From contig NC_045138.2 in NCBI RefSeq assembly GCF_008831285.2, positions 18,290,001-18,354,000 of the forward strand: a DNA stretch of 64,000 nt, given 5' to 3'. This stretch comes from Nymphaea colorata. Lineage: Eukaryota. The notes beneath the pieces are model-generated. The model was not told where the DNA came from and did no database searches. It was given only the letters and a program-made list of their open reading frames with translations. The stretch's first letter is position 1. Each line of letters opens with the position of its first letter. Position numbers and translations under genes: made by a program. Shown in pieces: positions 1 to 13,347 of this stretch.

Positions 1-157
1 GATTTTAGTCCTAGACAAAAAATATTATATATATTTAGGAAATCTCTTAGTTGTTGGAGGTTTTTTTTGTGCTTGATTCAAAAAAGGGAGTTTTTTTCCG
101 TGATCTTTTTTGGGTTAAATAGTGGAAAAGGGGACCCAGGTTTTTCCTAGAGGTTGG
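1..157 (+). repeat. Dispersed repeat fragment, second copy at ~11218-11398 in LFG intron 2
   Basis: Shared ggaaat.tcttagttgtt..ag tttttttt.tgcttgat.caaa...gtgat.tttttt...gtggaaaagg. Confidence 0.7.
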
Positions 158-701
158 CGCTAGGCCGGGCCGCCAGCCGGGGCCTTGGACCTGATGGGCC
201 CTCCCAGCTAGGTGCTGTAATATTAAAAAAAATAAATTTTATTATTTTTTAAATTTAATAATATATATATTATTATTTAAATTATAATTTATATTAAATA
301 TTTTATTTGATAATTTTATAAATATTTTTTTAATTGTCCAGGTTATATTTTATTATTTAAAATATAATTTATACTCAAAAAAATTATTTTGTAATTTTAA
401 AATTATCTTTTGTAACTGAGCTGGTTATATTTTATTTCCTTTATCAATAAACTACAGGTCAATGGTGATCAGGTTGATAGAATCTTAGGATTCGTTCAAA
501 CTCAAAGGAAACTAATTTTTTTATTATCAAAATGTGATGCTATGAGAGCTATTCATTTTTGCTTATTATAAAACACTATTCAAACAAAAAAAAATCAACC
601 TACTATATATTGTGCATAAGATCACATTGGTAATTTTAAATTAAAAAAAAACACTTTAATTTAATATTTAAAGGGTCAGGCTTTTATCTCTGACCTATTG
701 G

Positions 702-741
<40 letters not shown>

Positions 742-1103
742 AATTGATAGAAAACAGACCATTAGGTAAAACCAGATTGTTTAAACGTGATGCTTAAGGA
801 TTTTTTTTTTGGCAATCTTATCTTATTAGTATGGTCTTCATGCAAAACATATATTAAATTGATCATTTTTTTTTATTTTAAATTGTGTTTTTATAATAAG
901 CATAAATGAATGGCTCTCATAGCATCAATATTTTGATAAATGAAAATTCCACATTTTTCATAAAAAAAAAAAAAACTTGCGTCAAAGCAAGTTTTATATC
1001 AAAGTAGCTTTTATAAATATATTAGGATGTTTATATTTTATTTAAATTTCTAACTAAAAAAATCAAAAAGTCTGGTTTTTGTCCCTGATGTTTATATTGG
1101 GCA

Positions 1104-1150
<47 letters not shown>

Positions 1151-1482
1151 TTATTTATTTATTTCTCTGAATAATATTACCAAAAAATTACAAAATCAGA
1201 GGCTGTACAAAATGTATATAAAACAGAATGGAATCATTAACAAACTCAACACTTAAACTGATGCCTAATGGAAGATGATCACATTCTATTAATCTTTTCG
1301 TCATTAAGATTAAAAGGTGTTGTCTTCCCCCTTTTGTTTATACAAGTAAACCGTGTTCGAAGGAGCACCCAACTGTACTTTTATAGAACAATCCACAAGT
1401 ACAACTTGCCCTGATATTCGCCCACATATGGAATGCTCCTTAATCTTCCATCCTTTATCATAAAACGTCTGGATTCACGTAT

Positions 1483-2001
1483 GAAACTGCATACATAATC
1501 TGTGATATTTGCAAATTTAAACAAGTTAGAGAAAAAAAAAATTATTGACTTACAAACTTCAAAAAAAATTAAACAACGGATCATTTACTCATTTCAAATA
1601 TGTTTTAGTTTCCTTGATTGGATGCGTTGATGCATGTATACCCAATGCATTTAAGTTGAAATCTAATCAGCCGTATTACAAATGACAGCAATACTTTTCT
1701 TAACTTTTATTTTCCCTATAGAATTGTGTTTCTCATAAAGTTTCACGTCGCATAAATCCATTATTTTACTGCCAAATATCATTACCACCTGGCTGTAATT
1801 ATATTAACATAAAAAAGGAAATGTTGGTGCCAATTGTCCAAAAAAAATGTAAATGTTTCTGGTATCCAAAATCTAGGAAAATTAATCCCATGTGTGAAAT
1901 CATAGCAAACAGATTGGACAAAAAATTAAAGTCTCCTTTACGGTTGTCGCCAAGCGCCGGTCTCGGCGCGTCCGGTAAGCATATGTCTCTCATCGACTCC
2001 T
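1483..2001 (+). repeat. Copy 1 of a ~520-bp direct duplication (copy 2 ~5023-5564)
   Basis: Collinear sequence from aaactgcatacataatctgtgatatttgc to catcgactcctcc. The ORF track gives near-identical spurious peptides at both sites. Confidence 0.95.
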
Positions 2002-3159
2002 CCCTGCTCCCAGTTGTTAGGACGATGCACAAAATGATAAAATTACCGTGGAAAAAAGTAGGACAGTCTAGGTCCAACTTTTTTGGGTTGGAATTTCTTC
2101 CAAAATTAATGAAAAACACAGGGTAAAGTTTGGTTGATTAAAAAAATACTTTTTTACGATAGGCCGGCCCAGGTCAGCCCGATTAGGCCCGTTTATATTA
2201 AAAAATATTTTAAAAAAAAAATTGCAAACCCTCCTCCTCCTCTGCCCATCCATCTTCCTCCTCCGGTTTCCCATCCTCCTTCTTCCCCCTCCCATCTGCC
2301 TCTCCTTCTTCCCCCACCCCCTCATCCCCTCTGCCTCTCCTTCCTCCATGTCACACAAAAGGAAGGAGAATTCATGGCTGATCCCCCATGATGTGGGGAG
2401 AAGTTTTCCGCGGCATGTTTGAATGCTAGAATATGATGTCTGTTGGTGACAAATATCTGATCCCTGCTGCTGATGAAAAGTTCTTCTTATGGATGATATT
2501 TTCAGCAAAATGGTCCTAAGTTTCTCATAAAGTCTAAATTGACAGAAGAAAGAGGACTGGTGCTACCCATGCAAGTTTGTTTCATTGGTCAAAAACTTTC
2601 TCCCCATAGAATCACGTGACCCTCAAAATAAAATCATGATTTTACCCTTAGGCCCTTCTCTAATGGAACATATGAAAGCATATTAGGAAGAAAAACAAAC
2701 ACATGTTTTTAGAAGTTTGTATGTCAGTTTCTTTAATCTCCAACTACTACTACTACAAACTATTAATACCATAAAAGAGTCCCAATTGAAAGCAGAAACT
2801 CCTACCTTTCCTCCTATAAAAAAAAAGTTATTCATCGATGACATGAACATGTAAGGTTAGATAGGGATTACAATTGAAATCTGTACTTGGAGATCTCCAA
2901 GACCCTTAGAAAGGGATGCTGATGCTGAACTGGATTGCGAAGTTTGGATAAAGACCAGACTCATCTATGACATGTTGTCGAGAGAGAAACAATCTACATG
3001 CAATAATTAACTTAAGTGGGTTTCTAATGGAAGCAAGCCTGATGCACTTATAGAATGTTTTACAATATCGTTTGGATAAAAATGCATCAAAGATTTTATA
3101 TATTTCCTGTTTTACAATAAAAGATTTTAACTTAAGTCGCAACATGAAGCAATCTACAT

Positions 3160-3390
3160 GTCATCCCATAAGTCCACCTGCGTTTTTTTCCCAGGAACCA
3201 ATGGCCGTCTATTGAGCTGTTCAGTTTAACCGCAGCCATCCATCGACCTTCCTTTCACGCTTACATCGGACCCGAGCAGCCTGATGCAATCGCGAAAGGA
3301 GGGTTGATTGATGGCTACGATTCAACTGAAAAGAAGGTTAACCGACCGTTGGCTTAGGGGAAGAAAAGGAGGTGGACTAATGAAAGGGCA
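3160..3390. repeat. Imperfect fold-back, arms ~3167-3270 and ~3281-3382 (possible MULE-type MITE)
   Basis: agtccacct/aggtggact, ttcagtt/aactgaa, agccatc/gatggct and tcctttc/gaaagga pair in nested order. Confidence 0.75.
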
Positions 3391-5022
3391 GTCAGGGAGA
3401 ATTCTGAAACTATCATGGTAATGTTTCTCCAGAAACGGGAAAGAATCGAGAATGGCTAGGGAAGAAATCTGCTCACCTCCTCGAAAGAAGAGGCCTTGTC
3501 AAAGCTCGTCTTCTTGGGCTCCCAACTTCAATTCTCTCTACATACTGAAGAAAAGCACACAAAGAAAAGAAAAAAAAAAAGTAATCAATTGTGGAACTGC
3601 ACACTTCGAATTAAGAAAATACAAAGCTTGGGCAGAAATCTCAATGATATTGATCAAAAGTGAGTTTGAAGATACTTTATTTACTTCACTCAATTAGTCC
3701 ATACATGGACGGAAGGTTATTCATTTACTGCAACACAAGAGTGGGATTAGATACTGAAGCGTATGTCCGAGCATCAACAACGTGGATTACCAGACAATTG
3801 ATACAATTAAACTAGACGCTTGGCATTTTCGTTGCTAGCCATGACGTCATTTTCAGTCGGAGCGGCGCCCGTCACTGGTCCCATATACCCATGACGTCAT
3901 GTTGTGCGAAATTCTAGGCAGTCTTTTGCGGGGTTGCTGCCGATGAAGCTTCGGTCGCCTTCCTACTTCCGCGGGCGCCGACATAAACCAGCGTTGCGAA
4001 TGTCGGTGCATCTGGTGTGCTGGCTGGCGCGATTCTACTCATAATACGGAAAATTTAGGCACTTCAAAATATCGCTTAATTGCAGAGTTGAAATCTGTAT
4101 TCCGGTTGAGTTGGCGCAATGGATGGCGGTTGAGTTGATGCACGTAGGTTTTTTTTAAGGATGTTATTATATTTGATTTGGATCAGATATATATTTGATC
4201 TAAATTAGAAATGGAAAAAAAATATATGATTAAGAAACCAGAAATTGGATGGGGAATTAAAATGGCATCTCATTAAGTTCCCATTAGGATCAGATTTAGT
4301 TTAAATAAATATCATATATATACAATGCTTTTACACTTTGAAAGTGAGTCAACTTCGATTCAAAATTCAGATTTGAATTTTGATTTGAACCTAAAAATCA
4401 GGTTCAGATCGCATTCAATTATGACCTTTCCATATTCACTTAAGGGTATATCGGATTCAAATCCAATCCATTGACGATCCATATCTACTTTGATTGGGTG
4501 CAAAAGGGAGGCGACATCGATATGCAAGTTGAAGCATGATAAGGGTGTCACATTAAGCCATAAAAATAAACCTCATACTCTTGGAAGGAAAAGCAGTTAC
4601 GTTATTAAAAGAGTTCAAACCCGAAAAATGTCAAAAAGTTGTCCAATGACTAAAGGTTTAAGTTATTTTCAATAACTAACTTATAATTCTTAACTATCCG
4701 ACAAACTATCTAGCATCCAACATATATGAATCCTTCTTCGTCAATATACAATGCATGTATCAATTGTAAATTACATTCTTATCATATGAAAAATTGAAAG
4801 TTAGCTGCTGAATATACCTGAAGAAGTCCGTTAAGACAATTTAAGTAGACACTTGGCACTTTTATGTGGAAGTAATTCTGAAACAGAAGTGGGATCTTCA
4901 TATTGCAGATAGTATTCATTTGTGGCTAAAAACAAACGTGGCAAAGCAAATAATATGTAAAGGGATTTGAATCATTGGTGGATCTCAGTTGGATATGGGA
5001 ATGAGATTTAGAATCACTTATC

Positions 5023-5564
5023 AAACCGCATACAAAATCTGTGATATTTGCAAATATAAGCAAGTCAGAGAAAAAAAAATTGAAAGGTCATTGATTTACA
5101 AACTTCAAAAAAAAATTAAACAATGGATCATTTACTCATTTCAAATACGTTTTAGTTTCCTTGGTTGGATACGTTGTCGTATGTATACCCAGTGCATTTT
5201 AAGTTGAAATATTTTCAGCCGTATTACAAATAATAGCAATACTTTTTTAAAATTTTATTTTCCCTAAAGAATTGTGTTTCTCATAAAGTTTCACATTGCA
5301 TAAATCCATTATTTTACTGCCAAATATCATAACCTCCTGGCTGTAATTATATTAACATAAAAAAGAAATGTAATGTTGGTGGAAATTGTCCGAAAAAAAA
5401 GTAAATGTTTTTGGTATCCAAAATCTAGGAAAATTAATCCCGTGTGTGAAATCATAGCAAACAGATTGGACAAAAAATTAAAATCTCCTTTACGGTTGTT
5501 GCCAAGCGCCGGTCCCGGTGCCGCCGGATAAGCATCCGTCTCCACTGTCTCCCATCGACTCCTC
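5023..5564 (+). repeat. Copy 2 of the ~520-bp direct duplication
   Basis: Aligns by eye with 1483-2001, with scattered substitutions and small indels. Confidence 0.95.
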
Positions 5565-8500
5565 CATGCTCTCCCTTTTTTCTTGACAGCGAGTTCTTTC
5601 CGATTTTGAATAAAAGAGAAAGGAAATATCTTAACGGGGATACCATTGGTCAAAAGAGTCGTGACTTTTTGTTATGGAAAAATATGGTTAAACACGAGGC
5701 TTGACCTACTTTTGGCTTGACAAGATTTTTCCAAAATCCTATACACACCATCATTGGAACCATACGGATGGCGGCTAACTTAATATTAGGAAAACTGTGA
5801 GGAGGACTTAGATATGCACAAACAAGATTACTTAGATATGCTAATTATAGATAGTGTTGTTGCTAATGATGCTCTATTGTGACTGTCCAGCGATGTTTTT
5901 TCCTCTGCACCTAGTATCGCCTTAAGATCTGATGTTGTTTCCTTTTATCTGTTACAGTAGTAGCGTATTAGGTTTTGTTTTTGTTCTTGGTTTGATTGTT
6001 CATTCTTTTTGTACAGCTCTGGCTTTTTATTAATGAAGGTTGGGAGACCCATCTCCCTGTAGCCTCGCATCGAAATAAAAGGGGGTAAAGAATTTGATTA
6101 CTATTTTATGTGTAACTTAATTTTTAGTTATTTAAAAACATTTAACTATTTTATCATGGTAACTTTCTAGACTTTTCTATGTAAACAATAAAACATGTTG
6201 TCATAACTGTGGACCACCAGGAATTCCAATGTTCACTCTGAGATGGTGACTTCAGTTGTGGAAGATGCTCAAGTTGCTTGGAAATCCTGTGTGGAAGGTT
6301 TCCAAGCACTCTCACCTGACGACCTTAAGGAGCTAAGGGCCTGACTCCTCACCAGAATTGTTCCTGGCAGATGGAGGCTAGTGGATCCGTTGACAATCTA
6401 GTTACAAGTGGTGTCGGTCGAGCAGAGACAAGAGAGATTAATGGCTCACTCCATCAAGGTCGTCTCCACTTCACATCACATGTAAGTCAAGGAAAGATCT
6501 GCATGGATGATGAATCAGGGTTTCCCAAGAATGTGGCTTCGTTTTGGGCCAAATGGTAGTCACTCCAACTCCTGCCCACCGTAGGGGCCGACAACAAAGA
6601 TTGGCTGCAGAGGATATCGAAGGACCAACCTCTTCACGGTATTGGAAATATCCGTTCTCACCTGTTCATCATTGGCAAGAACCCTTTCTTTGACACAACT
6701 GTCTTTTATTTAGGCATTTGTAATGAGGTACGGAGCAAGAATTTTTTGTGCTGTAATAGTCTGCCCCTGTCTGTAATAGTCTTATGTGCTGAAGTCCTTC
6801 CTAACCGGTTATGGTTTTTGGCAACCAATTTTTTTCTCCTACATCTTTTGCTTAACAAAAACATCTTTTAGGACCATCCCTCGCAGGGTTGTTCACACGC
6901 AAAGTACTGTCAAAGGTGGCAGCTCTCGTCGGAGTAACTGTCAAAGGTGGCAGCTCTCGTTTCTCACTCTAAAGAGTTGGTAGACGTGTCCATCCTCGCC
7001 ATAGTTCGAAAGCCGCTGTCAACCCACCTCGCAAACTCGCAATTGCCGGGCACCTTCCTCGCCATGATGGCGAAGGTCAAGGCTCGTGAGAAGCCATGGC
7101 AGCAAAGGACGCGTGTGAATAACTGGGGAGATTTTTTTTTCTTTCACTTTTATTATTTCTTAACGTTATGTGTTAATTTTTTAATATTTTTTAATTATAA
7201 AGTGGGTGTTTGGAAATCGCGCGCTTGATTAGGTTGAAAAGCTAATTGTGTTAGCTTAAAGTGGCTGTCGCAATCACCATGACGGCAGCCCAATTGGGTC
7301 ACTGGTCGATACGTCTCTGGTGCTGTTCACCAATATTTTAAACCAAACGCGAGCTCGATCTCAACCATGTTCACGTACACGTACAGTGAAATGGAACCCA
7401 TTTGGAGTAGCGTCGAAACCTGCCCTTAGCTCCACTGCACCCCAGCCTCCCGCCGCGCCGTCGCCAGGGAACGCATTTTGCCCACCAATTACTGGCGAGG
7501 TTCCTCAGCCTTCACCCTACTGCAGATCTCCCCTCGCGCCGGCGCTGCCTGCCCCGGCCCCTCTACCTTCGCCGTCCCGCCACCTATGGTACAAATTTCG
7601 ATGCTCAGATTTATGCATTTTTCCCTTGTTTCATATTCGAACTCCGAGTGCCTAACTAATCTCCAGTAATGAGCATATAAGCATGTCTTCTTTTTTTTTT
7701 TTTTTGTTTCTGTTGCCACCCTTCCTTGCTCACGTTATATAAGCTATGTCAAGCTTTTTCCTTTGACAGTTAAGATCGTCGACCTTCTTCCTCTCTGTTA
7801 ACAGTGGTGGCCGTCTTCTTAACGTCCGTAGTCCTCCTCCACCTCTTCTCCAGGTCACCGCCTCTGACCCCTGTGCCACCGCATCCCATGCCGCCGATGG
7901 CTCCACCACCCTTTCCCTCCCCCACATCAACTCCAAATGCTTCCCCCTTCGCCTTCACCGGCATCTTGATGGCTTTCAACGGCACGTTTCGCCTCGCCAC
8001 CATCACCGATGGTAGTCGCTCTATTCTGGTGGCCTTCGGCCTCCGCGTCACCACCTCCGAGAACTACGTCGTGAGGGTGAAGGTGGGGCACCCCCCCGTC
8101 AGCTCATGGTCCTCGGATCGTGACATAACAAGCGGAATCGTATCCATTCATCCGATCCTCCATTAGGTTGATAGTTATTGGGAAACATCCTTTTCATTAG
8201 GACTACGCGTGGGCCGGCTCCAGCAAGCCTGGAAAACTTGTTGGCAGCTTAAGCAAGTTGGGCCTGGCCATTATCTTTATATCAATCGAATATCCCGTTG
8301 GATAACTACCCTTATTTAAAACTCTTAATTTTAAAAAGATTATGTAAAAAATAAATGAATAAATAACATATAAAAGCACATAAGTATAAAATTTTAGTTC
8401 AGTACTTAACCACAGTACTTAACCACAAGACACTTTTGAATTGACCACATAATTAAATTGGTTTCACAATTTCTTGTAGTTGGCAATCACAATTTTTTGC

Positions 8501-9551
8501 ACATTCATTTGATTTTTGTGATAATGAAAGATTGGAGGCCTACCATCTAGCAGTTGTTTGTGGAGTAAGCAATAGTCCCTAGAAGCCGAGGCTTTCCCTA
8601 CCCTCCAATGTTCTTGTATTTGAAAATTGGCCACTTTACCTAAAATTTGGATTCAAATTTAGATATGAACGTAAAAAGTCATATTTCTGTTTCATATTAA
8701 AATTTGGAGTCAAATGCAAACCAAAGAAAAAAAGTCATACCTGAATCCAAGTTAGAATGTGAAATCTGATTTCACAATTTACATGTGATCTAATCCTCAT
8801 TTGTACATTTATATATAAATCAAAATCAAAATTTTAAATAAAGTGTAGCCAATGTTCAAAATAATATAAAAGCATTGAGTATAAAATATTTATTTAAAAC
8901 TAAACCCAATTATACTATCTTTTTTCTCTCTCTCTCTCTCTCTTGCGATGTTGCCTCCTTTGGCCCTTTCACACCTGGCTTTTCTATTGAATGCTCTTGT
9001 TTGTCCTGCCTTTGCCTGTCTTATCCTTGCAAGTCATACTAATACTAACACCTTTGACCATCTCTAGTGCCATTCATTTTGCCAGCGAATGTATTCTTTG
9101 TTTGGTTGCTGATTCTGCCACATTCTCCCCGTAACAGCTCTGCTCTCTCCTTTCACTGTGCGCCTTCTTCTCCCTTTTACAGTTACTGCTTATCAGTTGT
9201 TAGTGGTGAATCTAAGAGGAGCACAACAACACGGTGTTCAGAAACACAGCCGTACCGGCACTCTCTCCTACTTGATGAACACTTGCGTGTATCTCAACCC
9301 GTTGCGGTCGGCCGCAGATTAGATATTCATTCTTTCCCTGTTTTGTGTTCTCTTCTCTGTTTGTTTTATGGTTTCGTTGCTTGTTTTGTTTTCTTTGCTT
9401 TTCTTTTCTTTTTTTCACTTCTTCGTGACTACTCATCAGTCATCACTCAATTTTTATTAATGAATTCTCATATACACGCACACACTCTCATGATCAGGGT
9501 AGCACTCTCTCCCTCGATCACTCTCATGATCAGGGTAGAAGTAGCAGCACG

Positions 9552-9955
9552 ATGGTAGAGATGACAACCAACATGGAAGGTGACGACATCGAGGTAAGTG
9601 TGACACAAACTCTAGACAACCAGGTGATGGGCGACGGTGGGCTTCCATGGCCATTCACCATGAAGGTCTACTCAATCCTCTTCCTCCAGCTCCTCGTCAA
9701 TCTCTTGGTTTGCTCGATTATCGTGACCGTCCATCGGGTCGCCGACTTATTGCCCTCAATGACCCCCGGATCGGCAATATGCATTGTCAGCCTCGTTACA
9801 CGTTTCTTCAGTGAGTTTCTTCCCTTTAAAGGAATTTCCAACGAAAGTTTTTGATTGTTAAATAATCACAAGATGTAGTTGCATGCTCCGGGTGTGCATG
9901 CAAAAAACACACACTCAAGAACATTGGGGTTTGGAGTATTTTTAGATTTTTTTTA

Positions 9956-9998
<43 letters not shown>

Positions 9999-12362
9999 TA
10001 GACTTAATATTTTCATAATCTCCTTTTATTCTTTCCAAAAATATTTCTTTTTTACATTGTCCAATGTATTTTGGTCATTACCTACCTCCATTGACAATCT
10101 TGTACACATAAACAGTTTGAAATAATAAAGATTTCAATCATATGCTAGTTCTCGATTCCCGAAAAATCATCAACTTAATTTATCAAAATCTTTCTTTTTG
10201 GTGCATGCAGTTTTATTCCCTGTGAAGTTTTGCCGCGGAAAGCACGTGTTCAATTTTCTTCTTCTCAGTTTGTTCACGGTCTCCATGAGCTTCACTGTGG
10301 GATTGACATGTGCCATCATAAGCGGTAAGCCAACTCCCCTCTCTCCATGAACTTTGTAAACTTGCAATTTTTTATTCTCGTTGATTTTATTATTCTCTGG
10401 TTGTTGTTGTGCAGAATGTGAATTGATTGGATTCAAATCAGAGATGCTTTTAACGATATCCATTTTTTATATATATTCACATATTCAAATTTGAATTCAG
10501 ATTTGCAAACAGACAAAGAAAAGTCCCCTTTGAATCCTAATCCAAATATGATATGTGAGTCTGAATTTGATCCAGAAAACGTGAACCAATGAAAAAACGT
10601 TGGAAACCAGAAAAGACGTCAGGAAATAGGAAAATATGGAAAACTATTATACCCAGGTCCCTGTTTTTGCCTTCTATGCAGGGAAAGCAACGTCTATAGA
10701 ATTCTAGGTACTCATATTCCCAACAGAAATTACATATGATATTCTTTACTACTAAAACACAAATAGTTTTAGAATGATATATCCTACTAAATTTCTCCAT
10801 CACATGGGACAATTAAAAATATCTCATGCACTTAGATCCACTATATTCAATATTCATTTGCTCTGAAATAGGTCAATTGCTGTTGTAAACAACATGACGG
10901 TGGCTCAATCCTCTTGATAAACTAACCTCAGAAACCTTGGCCTTGGATAACCATTTGTACACTCCTACTTATAAGGCATGCACAGAAAAACTTGGACCAT
11001 CCTTTTTGTCAATGCAACATATTATTGGAGGAAGCACACAAATAATAGAGAAACCACGCTGGAACAATCACAAGCCAACTCAAAAACTGCAATGTATGAC
11101 TACAAAAGACTGGAACGACAGCTTAGCCACAACCAGCACCATTAATACTAACAATTATAACAACAATAACAATTTAAAACAGTCTGTTGAAGTCCTTGTT
11201 GCAGACAGTCCAACGTGGATTTCAGTCCTACAACAGACCCAAAAAAAACCATATATCAACTAGAAACCCTTTTAAATCGGAAATATCTTAGTTGTTTGAG
11301 TTTTTTTTATGCTTGATACAAAGGAGGGGTTTCTTTACAGTGATATTTTTTGTGTTTACTGGTGGAAAAGGAACCCTGAGGGTATTTCTCTATGTTGGTG
11401 TCATTCGAAAGATTCAGTTTGGAGTAGATCAAATCTATTATGTGGGTTTATGGATCGGTTTTATCTGAATCTTTGACGCCTCTTTCCTTGTTTTCTCTTC
11501 AACATGAGAAAAAAAACAACCCACTGCTGAAAATCAGACCCAAAGAGAGAAACATATCAATGAAGAGAAGGATTGTTGGGGAATAGATTGGCACGACACT
11601 AATACGAGATCTCTCATCTTCTCCCATAACAGAGAAAGCGAGAGAGATCAGACTGAGAGAAAACCTGCTATTTGCAGGGGAGTGATTAGGCATCTGTCCG
11701 TGGGGGAGAGAGAGAGAGAGACAGAGAAGGGCCCAAAATACCTGAGGTGTGGCTGCTGCGAGGAAAAGCAAAAGGTCGTTTGAGCTACGGTTGGGCCTGA
11801 TCTTACCTCCTGCGAAGAAGAAGCTATGGTGATGATGATGAAGAAGAAAAGATGACGGTAAGCAGTGGCACATAATCAGGAATGTGAAAGGAAGATAGAG
11901 AGAGGACGGTGATGACAGGTGGAAAATGGTGGCTATGGCATTCAAAGACGTCCGAGAATCGGTGAGATGAGGATGCGACTGCGGTGAGGCTACAGTGGCA
12001 CAGGCTTCAGGTTGGGCGAGAACTAACGGGCTTTTCCTCTTTCATCTTGGAAATCTCGTCATGAATATTGCGGAAACTTATTTCCCGAAACGAGCTCAAC
12101 AGTTACTTTTTTCCATCCTACCTACGATAAAGATAAACAAGGATGGATTTACGATTTTTGAATTTTTTTTTTCTGACTTTACAGTCAATTTTCGAGGCAT
12201 CAAATCAAACAGGCCTCAAAGTAAATCACGATCTGATCACGTATGGCGAGATTGAATACGACCATTTTCAGCTTGACCGAGCGCCTGCTCCGCTCGGTAA
12301 TTCAATTAGAATCTCTGTCCAGCCAAGTGCATAAAAAATAATTTTTTGAGTGTCTTTTAATA

Positions 12363-12413
<51 letters not shown>

Positions 12414-13347
12414 GGTATATCGGAAATCACATACTTTATGGGTAAAAGATGTACGATCTTAAGGATGATTTGTTGGAAACATATATTATCTTGATTATTT
12501 TATTAGCTGAAATATGTTATTTTAATAAAATAACAGATCTTGTAATATCAATATTTTGGTAATACAAAACTCAAGATATTTCATAACAATTGTAGTGTTA
12601 TATATATATATATAGTCTCTCACAACATGCCGCATGATCCATTTTCATTGATGCATCACACAATATTATATCAACGGGCAGTCGTGATTGAAAAGAGGTA
12701 TGGATGCCCCCCCAATCGTCCACTAGTATTCTATATCCACAAAAGTGTGGCCTACAATCCAACTATAGGTTTTTCTTCATGAACTGTACCATCTACCCTC
12801 GAATCGCCACATATCATCAATGTTACTTGAGTTAAATTCTGCAACTTTTCTTGTGAAAATTTCATTGAATCCTTTGTGTTGGTTGGAGCAGGCAGGGTCG
12901 TCCTCGAGGCTGCGAGTATAACGGTCTTGCTGGCTGTGAGCTTCACTCTCTATGTATTTTGGGCAGCAAGTTGGGGCAGTGACACCCAATTTCAAGGGTC
13001 TTTCCTCTTTTTTTCTTTGATGTCTCTTATTTGTTTTGGCATCCTCACGGTATGCCTACAACTAAAATTTTTCCTTCCATTTTCTTTTCATTTATTTTGC
13101 AAAGCGTTGAATTGTAGTTGTGTTTTGTTTTTATCAGATCTTTTTTCCCTACGGCAAAATCTCCCCAATAATCTTCAGCATTCTCAGGACAGTCATCTTC
13201 AGTGGATATATCATGCACGATACAAACAACCTCCTCAAAACACACGGCCGAGACGATGACAGTTGGGTTTCAATCAGTGTCCTTTATATGGACATCATCA
13301 ACCTATTCCTCCACCTGCTCGAGTTGCTTGGGTCCGGTGGAAAATAA
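9552..13347 (+). CDS. LIFEGUARD/BI1-like (TMBIM, Bax inhibitor-1 family) membrane protein, ~246 aa; exons 9552-9810, 10211-10324, 12892-13049, 13138-13347
   Basis: Four GT-AG exons join in frame (741 nt). Translation KVYSILFLQLL / HVFNFLLLSLFTVSMSFTVGLTCA / VLEAASIT..SFTLYVFWAA / IFSGYIMHDT / LYMDIINLFL matches the plant LFG pattern. Confidence 0.9.

Noticed and set aside
2068..2508. Pro-rich and Arg/Gly-rich ORFs
   Set aside because: Produced by a CT-rich low-complexity tract, probably TE interior.
3878..3890. gtcccatatac as a plant snRNA upstream sequence element
   Set aside because: Imperfect match, no properly spaced TATA box and no recognisable snRNA downstream.
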